Positions 50,261 to 61,400 of a stretch of 64,000 bases of DNA are shown piece by piece. How positions within the stretch are numbered: position 1 is the first letter of the stretch; every line of letters begins with the position of its first letter. The notes under the pieces were generated by a model that worked only from the letters and a program-made list of their open reading frames with translations, had not been told where the DNA came from and made no database searches. Origin of the DNA: Heterodontus francisci (Eukaryota); the NCBI RefSeq assembly GCF_036365525.1, contig NW_027140453.1, positions 124,001 through 188,000 on the forward strand. The letters run 5' to 3'. The position numbers and the translations under genes were made by a program.

Positions 50261-51142
50261 ATATCAAAGACTAATCCCACCCATATCTGGGACAAATTAC
50301 CTGCTTATTATTATTCGGTCAGTCATGGACAATGGTCTGCCAGTAACTCTATAAAGTTTACATACAACACTTTTCCTTCCAAAAAACAACATCCTCGGTG
50401 GTTCTTGTATTGGAGTTTATACCTGAAGCCCACTGCTATCTCAATGTTGGCAGTTGAGGAGCAGTCAGTGACTGAGACATTAACATCTGGTCAGGGACCC
50501 CTCACAATATCCCATGTCCTGAATCCTCAAACACTCTCTCACTGAGAAATTTATGTTCTCCTCATTCTGGTTTGTATGTGTTACTAACGCTGTATCTGTG
50601 CTATTTCGGAGATGGTATCACTGTCGCTGATGTGAGGATTTCATTGTTCTCATTCTGTGACTATATTCTGAAAAACAGAATCATTTACTTTAACCCCAAC
50701 GACCTCAGGGAGGAAAATGGATGTCTGATCATTTGTCTCTCTGGAACATCTTGTTTCTCTGCCCCCTCTCATCATCCCCCCAATACTGACCCACTACTGA
50801 TAAGAGAGGCATGTCTCCTGTGAATATTCTCTCCCTAATACTTAGTGTCTATGAAATATCAAATATACACAGCCAACTGGCAAATACTAACTTTAATATT
50901 CAGAGTCCCAGCCCCAGGCTCCAATCTCCCTACACCCTCCCTGTTGGGTAACTGAAGACAAGTTATGTTGCAACAGCAAAGCTCCGTGGGTTAGCATGGG
51001 CCCAGGAGAAATATTAATGTTGTTTATTATGGCAGATAGTTTCACCAAAAGGCCTTCGTTTGCATAGATTATGTCATGTCATTCATCATTACTAAATGTT
51101 AATATTTCAGCCAACCAGCACTGCAGTCAATCCGCCGTGGTG

Positions 51143-51272
51143 TATATAGGGGTTGGAGCTGTCACTGAGACTGACACTGTTCACAGCAGAGTGGACCCAA
51201 GACTGAGGAGCAAGCAGCTGGAACTGAACCGACAACATCTCTCACCCAGCGACATCTACTTTGGAGACTTTG
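51143..51272 (+). promoter_or_regulatory. TATA-like box and probable non-coding first exon of the GP2/UMOD-like gene
   Basis: TATATA at ~51143 and a GTAAGC donor at 51273, upstream of the acceptor at 51722. Confidence 0.5.
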
Positions 51273-51737
51273 GTAAGCAGTCGGGTATGGGAGGACTGTT
51301 AGAAAAAGCAAAGGAGTTTGTCACTTGCTAGGTGTTGACCCAGGGGGTGTGTGTCCTGCTTCTCCTGAAACAACATCATCTTGAGTCATAACCTTAGTCA
51401 GAAATTCAAAGAGGTTTGTTTCAGGGATGCAGGAGACAGACCTGGAGGAGAGAGTCAGGAACACATGTGGTTTATTCATAAAAGCTTTGGAGAGTGGAAA
51501 GGGTGAAGGATTGGAGTCAAGTTCCTGATGTTTAACAAGAACATGTAGCTGAGCTCACCTCTGTCTGTAGGAGCCCCAGTGAGAGAGAGATAATTAGATG
51601 GAGCTCACCTCTGTAAAACAGATATACTGACGAACTCCTCGGCAACTCCCTATTTAATATTCCCTCCAATTTCCCGACTCGGTAATCTCTCTCAAATGTT
51701 TGTCTTGTGTTTCCCTTTCCAGGATCTCACCAGTAAG

Positions 51738-54700
51738 ATGTGGACTCGGCTGATCATTCTGGGTTACCTGAGTGAGTAACTTTCATTCTCGACAAAGTTC
51801 ACCCCCAGTACAACTAGAACAAGCTGTGTTTATTCAAACCGTTACATAGAATAATCTCCCAAGATGTTGCACAGAAATCTGATTGAAGAAATGTCTGACA
51901 CACGGCAGGGAAGGAGATGATTGGAGGGCTGACTGTTAGTTTAAAAGAGCAGACGGAGGTGGAGAGGCAGAAAGGTTTAGGAGGCTAGATATCTTGAAGC
52001 CACATCAGACACTGCTGGAGGAAAGGGAGTGGAGGGAATTTATACAGGAGGCTTGGGTCAGAGAAACAGAGAGTTGGTGAAGATTACAGAAATGAGGTGG
52101 GAGAGGGCGGGAGAGGTCATGAAAGAATTTGAACAGGAAGACGGAAGTTGTACATCAAAGGCGTTTGCAGCTGTGAACCAATGTAGGTCAGAGAGCACAG
52201 GGGTGATGTGTGACTTAAACTTTCTGCAAGATAACATACAACAGCAGTGTGTTGGAGGAGACCTGACTTCTGGAAAGTGGAAGCTGGGAGGCTGGCCAGG
52301 TGTGGATTAGAAGATTTGATTCTCTAGAAGGTCGAGGGTTTTTGGTAGAGGATTGGCTGAGGCAAAATCAGTGATGGTGGATATTACGGAGGTTGTAATT
52401 GGATGTCCTTGTGATGAGGAGGCTACAGTGAAGGAAGCTGGGCACAGTCGGAAGCTGATGAGAAATTGGAGAGGGACAAGATAGATTCTCGGGGTACCCT
52501 AGAGGTAACAGTGCTGGAGTGGGTAGGGAAGACACTGCAGGAGATTCTCTGGCTGAGACGAGACTGGGTTGAGTGGAAATAGGCCAGAGCAGTTCCACCC
52601 AGCTGGACATGGAAGGAGAGGTGTTGGCAGAGGGTAATGTGGTGAATTGTGTCAAAGACTGCCGACAATTCGAGAAGGATGATCAGAAACAGTATTCCTG
52701 ACTTGGCTCTTGCAGCTTCACCGCTGCTCAAACCCTTTACCAGTTCTTTGGTAACTCTAGACTTGACTATTCCAAAGATCTCCTGGCTGATCTCTCACAT
52801 TCCACCTTCTGTACATTTTGGTCATCCAGTATGATACTGCCCAAGTCCCGTTCACCTTTCATCTCCGTGCTCACTGACCTACACTGGCTCCCGGTTCAGC
52901 AAGGCCTGGATTTCAATATTCTCACAATCGTTTCCAGATCCTTCTATCACCTAGCCGTTCCCTACTTCTGAAATCATCTCCAGCCCCACAACCCTTGGAG
53001 ATCTCTGCGCTCCTCTAATTCAGGCCTCTTGAATATTCCCGATTCGAATCCCTTCCACCATTGGCAGCTGTGCCTTCACCTGCCGAGGCTTAACGCTATG
53101 GAATTCTAGCCCTCAACTTCTCTGTCTCTCCTCCTCTCTTTCATCCTTTCAGACACTCCTTAAAACCTACCTCTTTGACAGAGCATTTGGCCACCTGCCC
53201 GACCAGCTGCTTCTGTGGATCGGTGTCAGTTCGGGATGGTAACACACCGATGAAGTGCTTTGGGACATTTTATTACATCAAAGGCAGTACATAAACGCAG
53301 GTTGTTGTTGGTTTTGAGACTACACGTTCCCTCTGCAGGACCCACCAGTCACACTGGGTCGCTTGTGCTCCACCTGGCAGTTCTCGCTCCTCCTCCACTT
53401 TACATCTTTCCTACTGGGATGAAGTGAAGCTGAGATATTTACTGCTTTCTGTTACCTGAGAGCTGGTGGTTAATCTAGAATAGGGAGGACTGTCTGTGAG
53501 CAGTGAGTTAGAGGGGGAGGCTGAGCTGGGAGACAGATGGAAATCCAGTTTAGAGAAGGAGGACATTTCCCAGCTTTAATCTGGGGGGTTTTGACCAGGG
53601 CAGAGGGTGAAACTGAGATTATTGGTATTTCGGGAGGGTACAAGGCGCTGTGTAACATTAACTGTACTTTATATTAACATTAAACATCTTTCTGTCACTC
53701 AGTCACAGACTCCACACTCACTGACCCGTGTGTAAATCACACAGTCCTGGACCAGCCCTGGAGGAGCATCGATTGTGATGTCACTGTGGGCTCCGGTCAG
53801 GAGAAGTGTGATGATAATCTTGCTCAAGGATGGTACAGATTTAAAAGGTAATGTAAAGGAACAAATTCTGGGTAAATCAGTTAATGAGGGAGGAGTAATG
53901 GATTTCCCCCAGTTTCTGGCACTATCTGTTGTTACCAGTCTCTCTAACAGTTAATATTTACCATCAGTTCAGGGACTGACTCTGTGATTATTGTTTCAGT
54001 TCTGGTGGATGGAAGATTCCGGACACTGTTGTCCCAGATTTTCACTGCTCCACACGTGCCACAGGCTGGTTACAGGGTAATTTCCGTCTTAAAAATATCA
54101 GATTTACATTCACTGTCCAGCACTGTTCACGTGGGTTACCTTCTTCAATATTCATAAACTCTCATTTCAGGTTCCCATCCCAGTGTGGGACAGGGGGAAG
54201 TAACGAGGACAGTTTGTTTTAACAAGGCTGGAAATCGCTGTCACTGGACCCAGGAAATAAAGATCAAAAACTGCAGCAGTTATTTTGTTTATGAGTTGAA
54301 GCCTCCACCCGACTGTAACGCTGTTTATTGTACAGGTAGATTGCTGTTTGTATATGGTGCAGATGGGTGATTCTGGGATGTCCCGTGTCTCCCATGGGAA
54401 TGAGACAGTTTACTCACTGCCCTCCTTTTTGTAAGGGACACAGTGAATATAGGATCTGTAAAACAGAGTGAACTCTTCACTAAAACTCTAGGGAACTGAA
54501 CCAGACGCTCGCTGTCTGGAGAGAGGGCTGGCATGTCTGGGTAGTATTCTGTCAGGTCTGCAATTGAGGAGATTCAGGTTTTCTGGTGAGTGTCAGACAC
54601 AGCAGCAGGATCCTGACAGACTCTATGTGAAGGGCAAACACTCTCACCTCACCTCTTGAGTTCAGCTCTTTTGTCCATGTTTGAACCACACTGTAATGAG

Positions 54701-57700
54701 GTCAGGAGCTGAGTGACCCTGGCGGAACCCAAACTGACCATCACTGAACAGGTAATTGCTGAGCAAGTGCCGCTTGATAGCACTGTCAACGACACCTTCC
54801 ATCATTTTACTGATGATAGAGAGTAGACTGATGGGACGGTAATTGGGTGGCTTGAACTTGCCCTGCTTTGACTTGTCCTGCTTTTTATGCACAGGACATG
54901 CCTGGGCAGTTTTCCACATTGCAGGGTAGATGCCAGTGTTGTAGCTGTACTGGAACAGCTTGGCTAAGGATGCAACAAGTTCTGGAGCACAGGTCTTCAG
55001 TACTACTTCCGGGATATTGTCAGGGCCCATAGCCTTTGCAGTATCCAGTGCCTTCAGTCATTTCTTGATATCAAGCGGAGTGAATCGAATTGGCTGAAGA
55101 CTGACATCTGTGATGCTGGGGATTGCAGGAGAAGGTCGAGATGGATAATCAACTCAGCACTTCTGGCTGAAGATTTTTGCAAATGCTTCAGCCTTATCTT
55201 TTGCACTGATGTGCTGGGCTCCCTGATCATTGAGGATGGGGATATTTGTGGGGCCACCTCCTCCAGTTAGTTGTTTAATTGTCTACTGCCATTCACGACT
55301 GGATGTGGCAGGACAAGAAATACTGGAATCACTCAGCGGGTCTGGCAGCATCTGTGGAAAGAGAAGCAAAGTTAACGTTTCGGGTCAGCGACCCTTCTTC
55401 GGAACTCATTTGATCCGTTGGTTATGGGATCGCTTAGCTCTGTCCATCGCATGCTAATTATGCTGTTTGGCATGCAGATAGTCCTGTGTTGTAGCTTCAC
55501 CAGGCTGACACCTCATTTTGAGGTATGCCTTGTGCTGCACTTTACATGCCCTCCTGCATTCTTCATGGAACCAGGTTTGGTCTCCTGGCTTGATGGTCAT
55601 GATCGAGTGGGGGATATACCGGACCATGAGGTTACAGATTGTAGTTGAGTACAATTCTGCTGCTGCTGTTGTTCCCACAGCACCTCATGGATGCCCATTG
55701 TTGCATTGCTAGACTTGTTTGAATCTATCCCATTTAGCATGGTGATAGTGTCACACAACACGATGGACGGTATCCTCAATGGATCCTCAAGGACTGTGCG
55801 GTGGTCACTCCCACCAAGACTGTCATGGACAGATGGATATGTGGCAGGCAGATTGGTGAGGATGAAGTCAAGTATATTTTCTCCTCTTGTTGGTTCTGTC
55901 ATCACCTACCGCAGTCCCAGACTAGCAGCTTTGTCTTTTAGGACACGGCTAGCTCGGTAAGGAGTGGGCTGCAGTGACTGAGAGGAGTGGTCTGCAGAGA
56001 CTGAGGGGAGTGGGATGTAGTGACTGAGCGAATGAGATGCGGTGACTAGGTGGAGTAGGATACAGTGAATGTGGGGAGTGGGATGTAGTGACTGAGGGGA
56101 GTGGGATGTAGTGACTGAGGGGAGTGGGATGTAGTGACTGAGGAGAGTGGGGTGTAGTGACTGAGGAGAGTGGGGTGTAGTGACAGGGGAGTGGGAGGTA
56201 GTGACTGAGGGGTGTGGGATGCAGTGATTGAGCGGAGTGGGAAGTAGCGACTGAGGGGAGTGGGATACAGAGACTGAGGGGAGTGGGATACAGTGACTGA
56301 GCGAATGAGATGTGGTGACTAGGTGGAGTAGGATACAGTGAATGTGGGGAGTGGGATGTAGTGACTGAGGGGAGTGGGATGTAGTGACTGAGGGGAGTGG
56401 GATGTAGTGACTGAGGAGAGTGGGATGTAGTGACTGAGGAGAGTGGGGTGTAGTGACTGAGGAGAGTGGGGTGTAGTGACAGGGGTGTGGGAAGTAGCGA
56501 CTGAGGGGAGTGGGATACAGAGACTGAGGGGAGTGGGATACAGTGACTGACGGGAGTGGGATGTAGTGACTAAGGGGAGTGGGATGCTGTAATTGAGGGA
56601 AGTGGGATGTAGTGACTACTGAGTGTGATGTGGTAACTGAGGGGAGTAGGATGTAGAGAAGCGGGGAGTGAGGTGCAGTGACTGAAGGGAATGGTATAGA
56701 GTGATTCGGTGGAGTGGGTACAGTGACATAGAGAAGTGGGATGCAGTGATTGAGGGGAGTTGGATGCAGTAATTGAGGGGAGTGGGATGCAGCGACTAAG
56801 GGGAGAGGGATGCAGTGACTGAGGGCAGTGAGATGTAGTGACTGAGGGGAGTGGGATGTAGTGACTGAGGGGAGTGGGATGTAGTGACTGATGGGAGTGG
56901 GTGCACTGACTGAGGGGAGTGGGTGCAGTGAGTGAGGGGAGTGGGATGCTGTAATTGAGGGAAGTGGGTGTAGTGACTGAGGGGAGTGGCATGCAGTGAC
57001 TCAGGGGAGTGTGATTCAGTGACTGTGGGGATTGGGATACAGTGACTGTGGGGAGTGGGATACAGTGACTGAGGAGAGTGTGATACGGTAACTGAGGGGA
57101 GTGTGATCCCTTCCATTTATCATCACATCCTCCCCGGTTTCACTTGTCACTAGAACTTTTCCCAGTTCTGATGTAAGGTCACATATTAACATTAAACATC
57201 TTTCTGTCACTCAGTCACAGACTCTGCACTCACTGACCCGTGTGTAAATCACACAGTCCTGGACCAGCCCTGGAGGAGCAGCGATTGTGATGTCACTGGG
57301 TGCTCCGGTCAGGAGAAGTGTGATGATAATCTTGCTCAAGGATGGTACAGATTTAAAAGGTAATGTAAAGGAACAATTTCAGGGTAATCTAGTCAATATG
57401 GGCAGAGTAAGGGATTTCCCCCAGCTTCTGGTACTATCTGCTGGTACCAGTCTCTCTAACAGTTAATATTTGCCATCAGTTCAGGGACTGACTCTGTGAT
57501 TTTTGTTTCAGTTCTGGTGGATGGAAGATTCCGGAGACTGCTGTCCCAGATTTTCACTGCTCCACACATGTTACAGGCTGGTTAAATGGTAATTTCAGCC
57601 TTGAGAATATCAGATTTACATTCACTGTCCAGCACTGTTCACATGGGTTACAGTCTTCAATATTTATAAACTCTCATTTCAGGTTCCCATCCCAGCGTGG

Positions 57701-58343
57701 GACAGGGGGAAGTAACACGGACAGTTTGTTTATCCTGGGGTAGAAAACACTGCGACAAGGTCCATGAGATAAAGATCAAAAACTGCAGCAGTTACTTCGT
57801 TTATGAGTTGAAGTCCTTGTTTTATTGCGCTGCGTATTGTACAGGTACATTGATGCTTCTATATCATCCAGAGGGTGATTCTGGGATGTCCCGTGTCACC
57901 CACAGAAATGAGACGGTTTACTCACTCCCCTCCTTATTGTAAGGGACACAGTGAATAAAGGATCTGAAACACAAAGTGTACTTCACTGAAACTCTAGGGA
58001 ACTGAACCAGACTCTGCTGTCTCTGTCTATCAGGCACTCTGATCCCTGCAGTGTTCATGGCTCACGTCAGGTCCCCACTGCAGTGCTGGGCACCTCACAC
58101 TCCCTCTCCAGGAAGCAATGTTCACGAGGAGTTGGATAGGATCTTCGAGGGTTTGATAAAGATGAAAATCTGACACTGTCTGGACTAGAGAACTAAATAA
58201 ACGAGCTCTTCGGGTTTTCTCCACTCTGCCCTCTTCCTTTATTACAGATCCAGAGACTGTCGCAACTGAGGAACCCGAGGAACAAACAACTCGAGAATCC
58301 ACTAGGGGATCATCGTCTACCCCAGCGGTGTCTGGAACATCAG
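51738..58343 (+). CDS. GP2/uromodulin/OIT3-like protein with two tandem D8C/D10C domains (5' part; the gene continues beyond the last exon seen)
   Basis: Exons 51738-51771 (MWTRLIILGYL), 53703-53847, 54000-54076, 54171-54335, 57215-57359, 57512-57588, 57683-57844 and 58248-58343 (Ser/Thr/Glu linker); all are GT-AG, phase-compatible and free of stops. Motifs DPCxNHTVLDQPWRS, CD..GWYRF, CST..GWLxGSHP..GEVTRTVC, IKNCSSYFVYELK..C..YCT. Confidence 0.9.
51830..52700 (-). mobile_element. L2 LINE fragment
   Basis: LILLELSAVFDTIHH, resembling the L2 RT motif LILLDLSAAFDTVDH, plus VPRESILS. Confidence 0.75.
52720..53310 (+). mobile_element. L2 LINE 3' fragment
   Basis: VLTDLHWLP, LWNS and LLKTYLFD motifs plus an L2-type tail. 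Confidence 0.75.
54660..55958 (-). mobile_element. Non-LTR retrotransposon ORF2 fragment (endonuclease-RT)
   Basis: PTRGENILD..SDH (APE end); GPDNIP..LKTCAPEL..NYRPISLLS..QFGFRQGHS (RT). Confidence 0.92.
55313..55406 (-). mobile_element. Short Penelope-type terminal-repeat insertion carrying a hammerhead-ribozyme-like motif
   Basis: Interrupts the LINE; the minus strand reads AGTT CCGAAGA A GGGTC GCT GACCC GAAA CG TT AACT. Confidence 0.65.
55960..57108. repeat. 23-bp minisatellite (AGTGACTGAGGGGAGTGGGATG[T/C])
   Basis: Directly visible. Confidence 0.95.
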
Positions 58344-58429
58344 GTATCCCCCTTGTGGGGTGCATTCGAAACAGATTCCACACCCAATGTTGCACCATAG
58401 AAGATCAGTCCTCGAGATCATCCAGTCTC

Positions 58430-61400
58430 TTACTGAGGGAAGTGGGATGGAGTGACTGCGGGAAGTGGAAGGGAGTGAATGAGGGAAGTTGGATGGAGTG
58501 ACTGAGGGGAGTGGGATGGGGTGACTGAGGGAAGTGGGATGGAGTGACTGAGGTGAGTGGGATGGGGTGACTGAGGGGAGAGGGATGTGGTGACTGAGGG
58601 GACTGGGATGGAGTGACTAAGGAGAGTGGGATGATGTAATTGAGGGGAGTGGAATACATAGACTGAGGGGAGTGGGATGTAGTGACTGAGGGGAGTGGGA
58701 TGTAGTGACTGAGAGGAGTGGGATGCACTGACTGAGGGGAGTGGGATGCAGTGACGGAGGGGAATGGGATGCAGTGGACTGAGGGCAGTGGGATGCAGTA
58801 ATTGAGGGGAGTGGGATGTAGTGACGGAAGGGAGTGGGATGCAGAGGCTGAGGGGATTGGGATGCAGTGACTGGGGAGTGGAATGCACTGATTGAGGGGT
58901 GTGGGATGCAGTGACTGAGAGGAGTGGGATGCAGTGACTGAGGGGAATGGGATGCAGTGACTGAGGGGAATGGGATGCACTGATTGAGGGGAGTGAGATG
59001 CAGTGACTGAGAGGAGTGGGATACAGTGGCTGAGGGGAGTGGGATGGGGTGACTGAGGGGAGTGGGATGTGGTGATTGAGGGGAGTGGGATGCAGTGACT
59101 GAGGGCAGTGGGATGCAGTGACTGAGGGCAGTGGGATGCAGTGACTGAGGGGAGTGGGATGATGTAATTGAGCGGAGTGGGATGTGGTGATTGAGGGGAG
59201 TGGGATGTAGTGACTGAGGGGAGTGGGATGTAGTGACTGAGAGGAGTGGGATGCACTGACTGAGGGGAGTGGGATGCAGTGACGGAGGGGAATGGGATGC
59301 AGTGGACTGAGGGCAGTGGGATGCAGTAATTGAGGGGAGTGGGATGTAGTGACGGAAGGGAGTGGGATGCAGAGGCTGAGGGGATTGGGATGCAGTGACT
59401 GGGGAGTGGAATGCACTGATTGAGGGGTGTGGGATGCAGTGACTGAGAGGAGTGGGATGCAGTGACTGAGGGGAATGGGATGCAGTGACTGAGGGGAATG
59501 GGATGCACTGATTGAGGGGAGTGAGATGCAGTGACTGAGAGGAGTGGGATACAGTGGCTGAGGGGAGTGGGATGGGGTGACTGAGGGGAGTGGGATGTGG
59601 TGATTGAGGGGAGTGGGATGCAGTGACTGAGGGCAGTGGGATGCAGTGACTGAGGGCAGTGGGATGCAGTGACTGAGGGGAGTGGGATGATGTAATTGAG
59701 CGGAGTGGGATGCAGTAATTGAGGGAAGTGGGATGTAGAGACTGAGTGGAGTGGAATGCACTGATTGAGGGGTGTGGGATGCACCGATTGAGGGGAGTGG
59801 GATGCAGTGCCTGAGAGGAGTGGGATGCAGTGGCTGAGGGGAGCGGGTTGCAGTGACTGAGAGGAGTGGGATGCACTGATTGAGGGGAGAGGGATGCAGT
59901 GACTGAGAGGAGTAGGATGCAGTGACTGAGGGGAGTGGGATGTGGTGACTGAGGAGAGTGGGATGCAGTGACTGAGAGGAATGGGATGGAGGGACTGAGG
60001 GGAGTGGCATGATGTAATTGAGGGGAGTGGGATGCAGTGATTGAGGGGAGTGGGATGATGTAATTGAGGGGAGTGGGATGCAGTGATTGAGGGGAGTGGG
60101 ATGATGTAATTGAGTGGTGTGGGATGTCGTGACATGGGCAGTGCGATGCATGGACTGAGTGGAGTGGGATGCAGTGACTGAGGGAAGTGGGATGCAGTGA
60201 CTGAGGGGTGTGGGATGTAGAGACTTAGGGGAGTGGGATGTAGAGACTGTGGGGAGTTGAATGTGGTGACTGAGGGGAGTGGGATGGGGTGACTGAGGGG
60301 AGTGGGATGTAGAGTCTGAGGGGAGTGGGATGTAGTGACTGAGGGGAGTGGGATGCAGTGACTGAGGGGAGTTAGATGCAGTGACTGAGGGGAGTGGGAT
60401 GATGTAATTAAGGGGAGTGGGATTAAGTGACTGAGGGGAGTGGGATGCAGTGACTGAGGGGAGTTAGATGCAGTGACTGAGGGGAGTGGGATGATGTAAT
60501 TAAGGGGAGTGGGATTGTGACTGAGGGGAGTGGGATGCATTGACTAAGGGGACTGGGAAGTAATGATTGAGGGCAGTGGGAAGAAGTGATTAGGGGAGTG
60601 GCATGTAGTGGGTGAAGGGAGTGGGAAGTAGTGAGTGAGGGGAGTGGCATGTAGTGAGTGAGGGGAGTGGGATGTAGAGACTGAGAGGAGTGGGATGCAG
60701 TGACTGAGGGGAGTGGGATGTAATGACTGAGGGGAGTGCGATGTAGAGACTGAGGGGAGTGGGATGTACTGGCTGAGGGGAGTGGGATGTAGTGACTGAG
60801 GGGAGTGGGATGCAGTGACTGAGGGGAGTGGGATGCAGTGACTGAGGGGAGTGGGATGTAATGACTGAGGGGAGTGCGATGTTGAGACTGAGGGGAGTGG
60901 GATGTAGAAACTGAGGGGAGTGCGATGTAGAGACTGAGGGGAGTGGGATGTAGTGGCTGAGGGGAGTGGGATGTAGTGACTGAGGGGAGTGGGATGCAGT
61001 GACTGAGGGGAGTTGGATGCCGTGACTGAGGGGAGTGGGATGGAGAGACTGAGAGGAGTGGGATGTAGTGAATGAGGGGAGTTGGATGCCGTGAATGAGG
61101 GGAATGGGATGTAGAGACTGAGGGGAGTGCGATGTAGAGACTGAGGGGAGTTGGATGCCGTGACCGAGGGGAGTGAGATGTAGAGACTGAGAGGAGTGGG
61201 ATGAGGTGACTGAGGGGAGTGGGATACAGCGTCTGAGGGTAGTATGATACAGTGACTGAGGGGTGTGATACAGTCACTCAGGGAGTGTGATACAGTGACT
61301 GAGGGGAGTGTGATACATTGTCTGAGGGTAGTATGATGCAGTCACTGAGGGGAGTGTGATACAGCGACTGAGGGTAGTGTGATACAGTGTCTGAGGGGGA

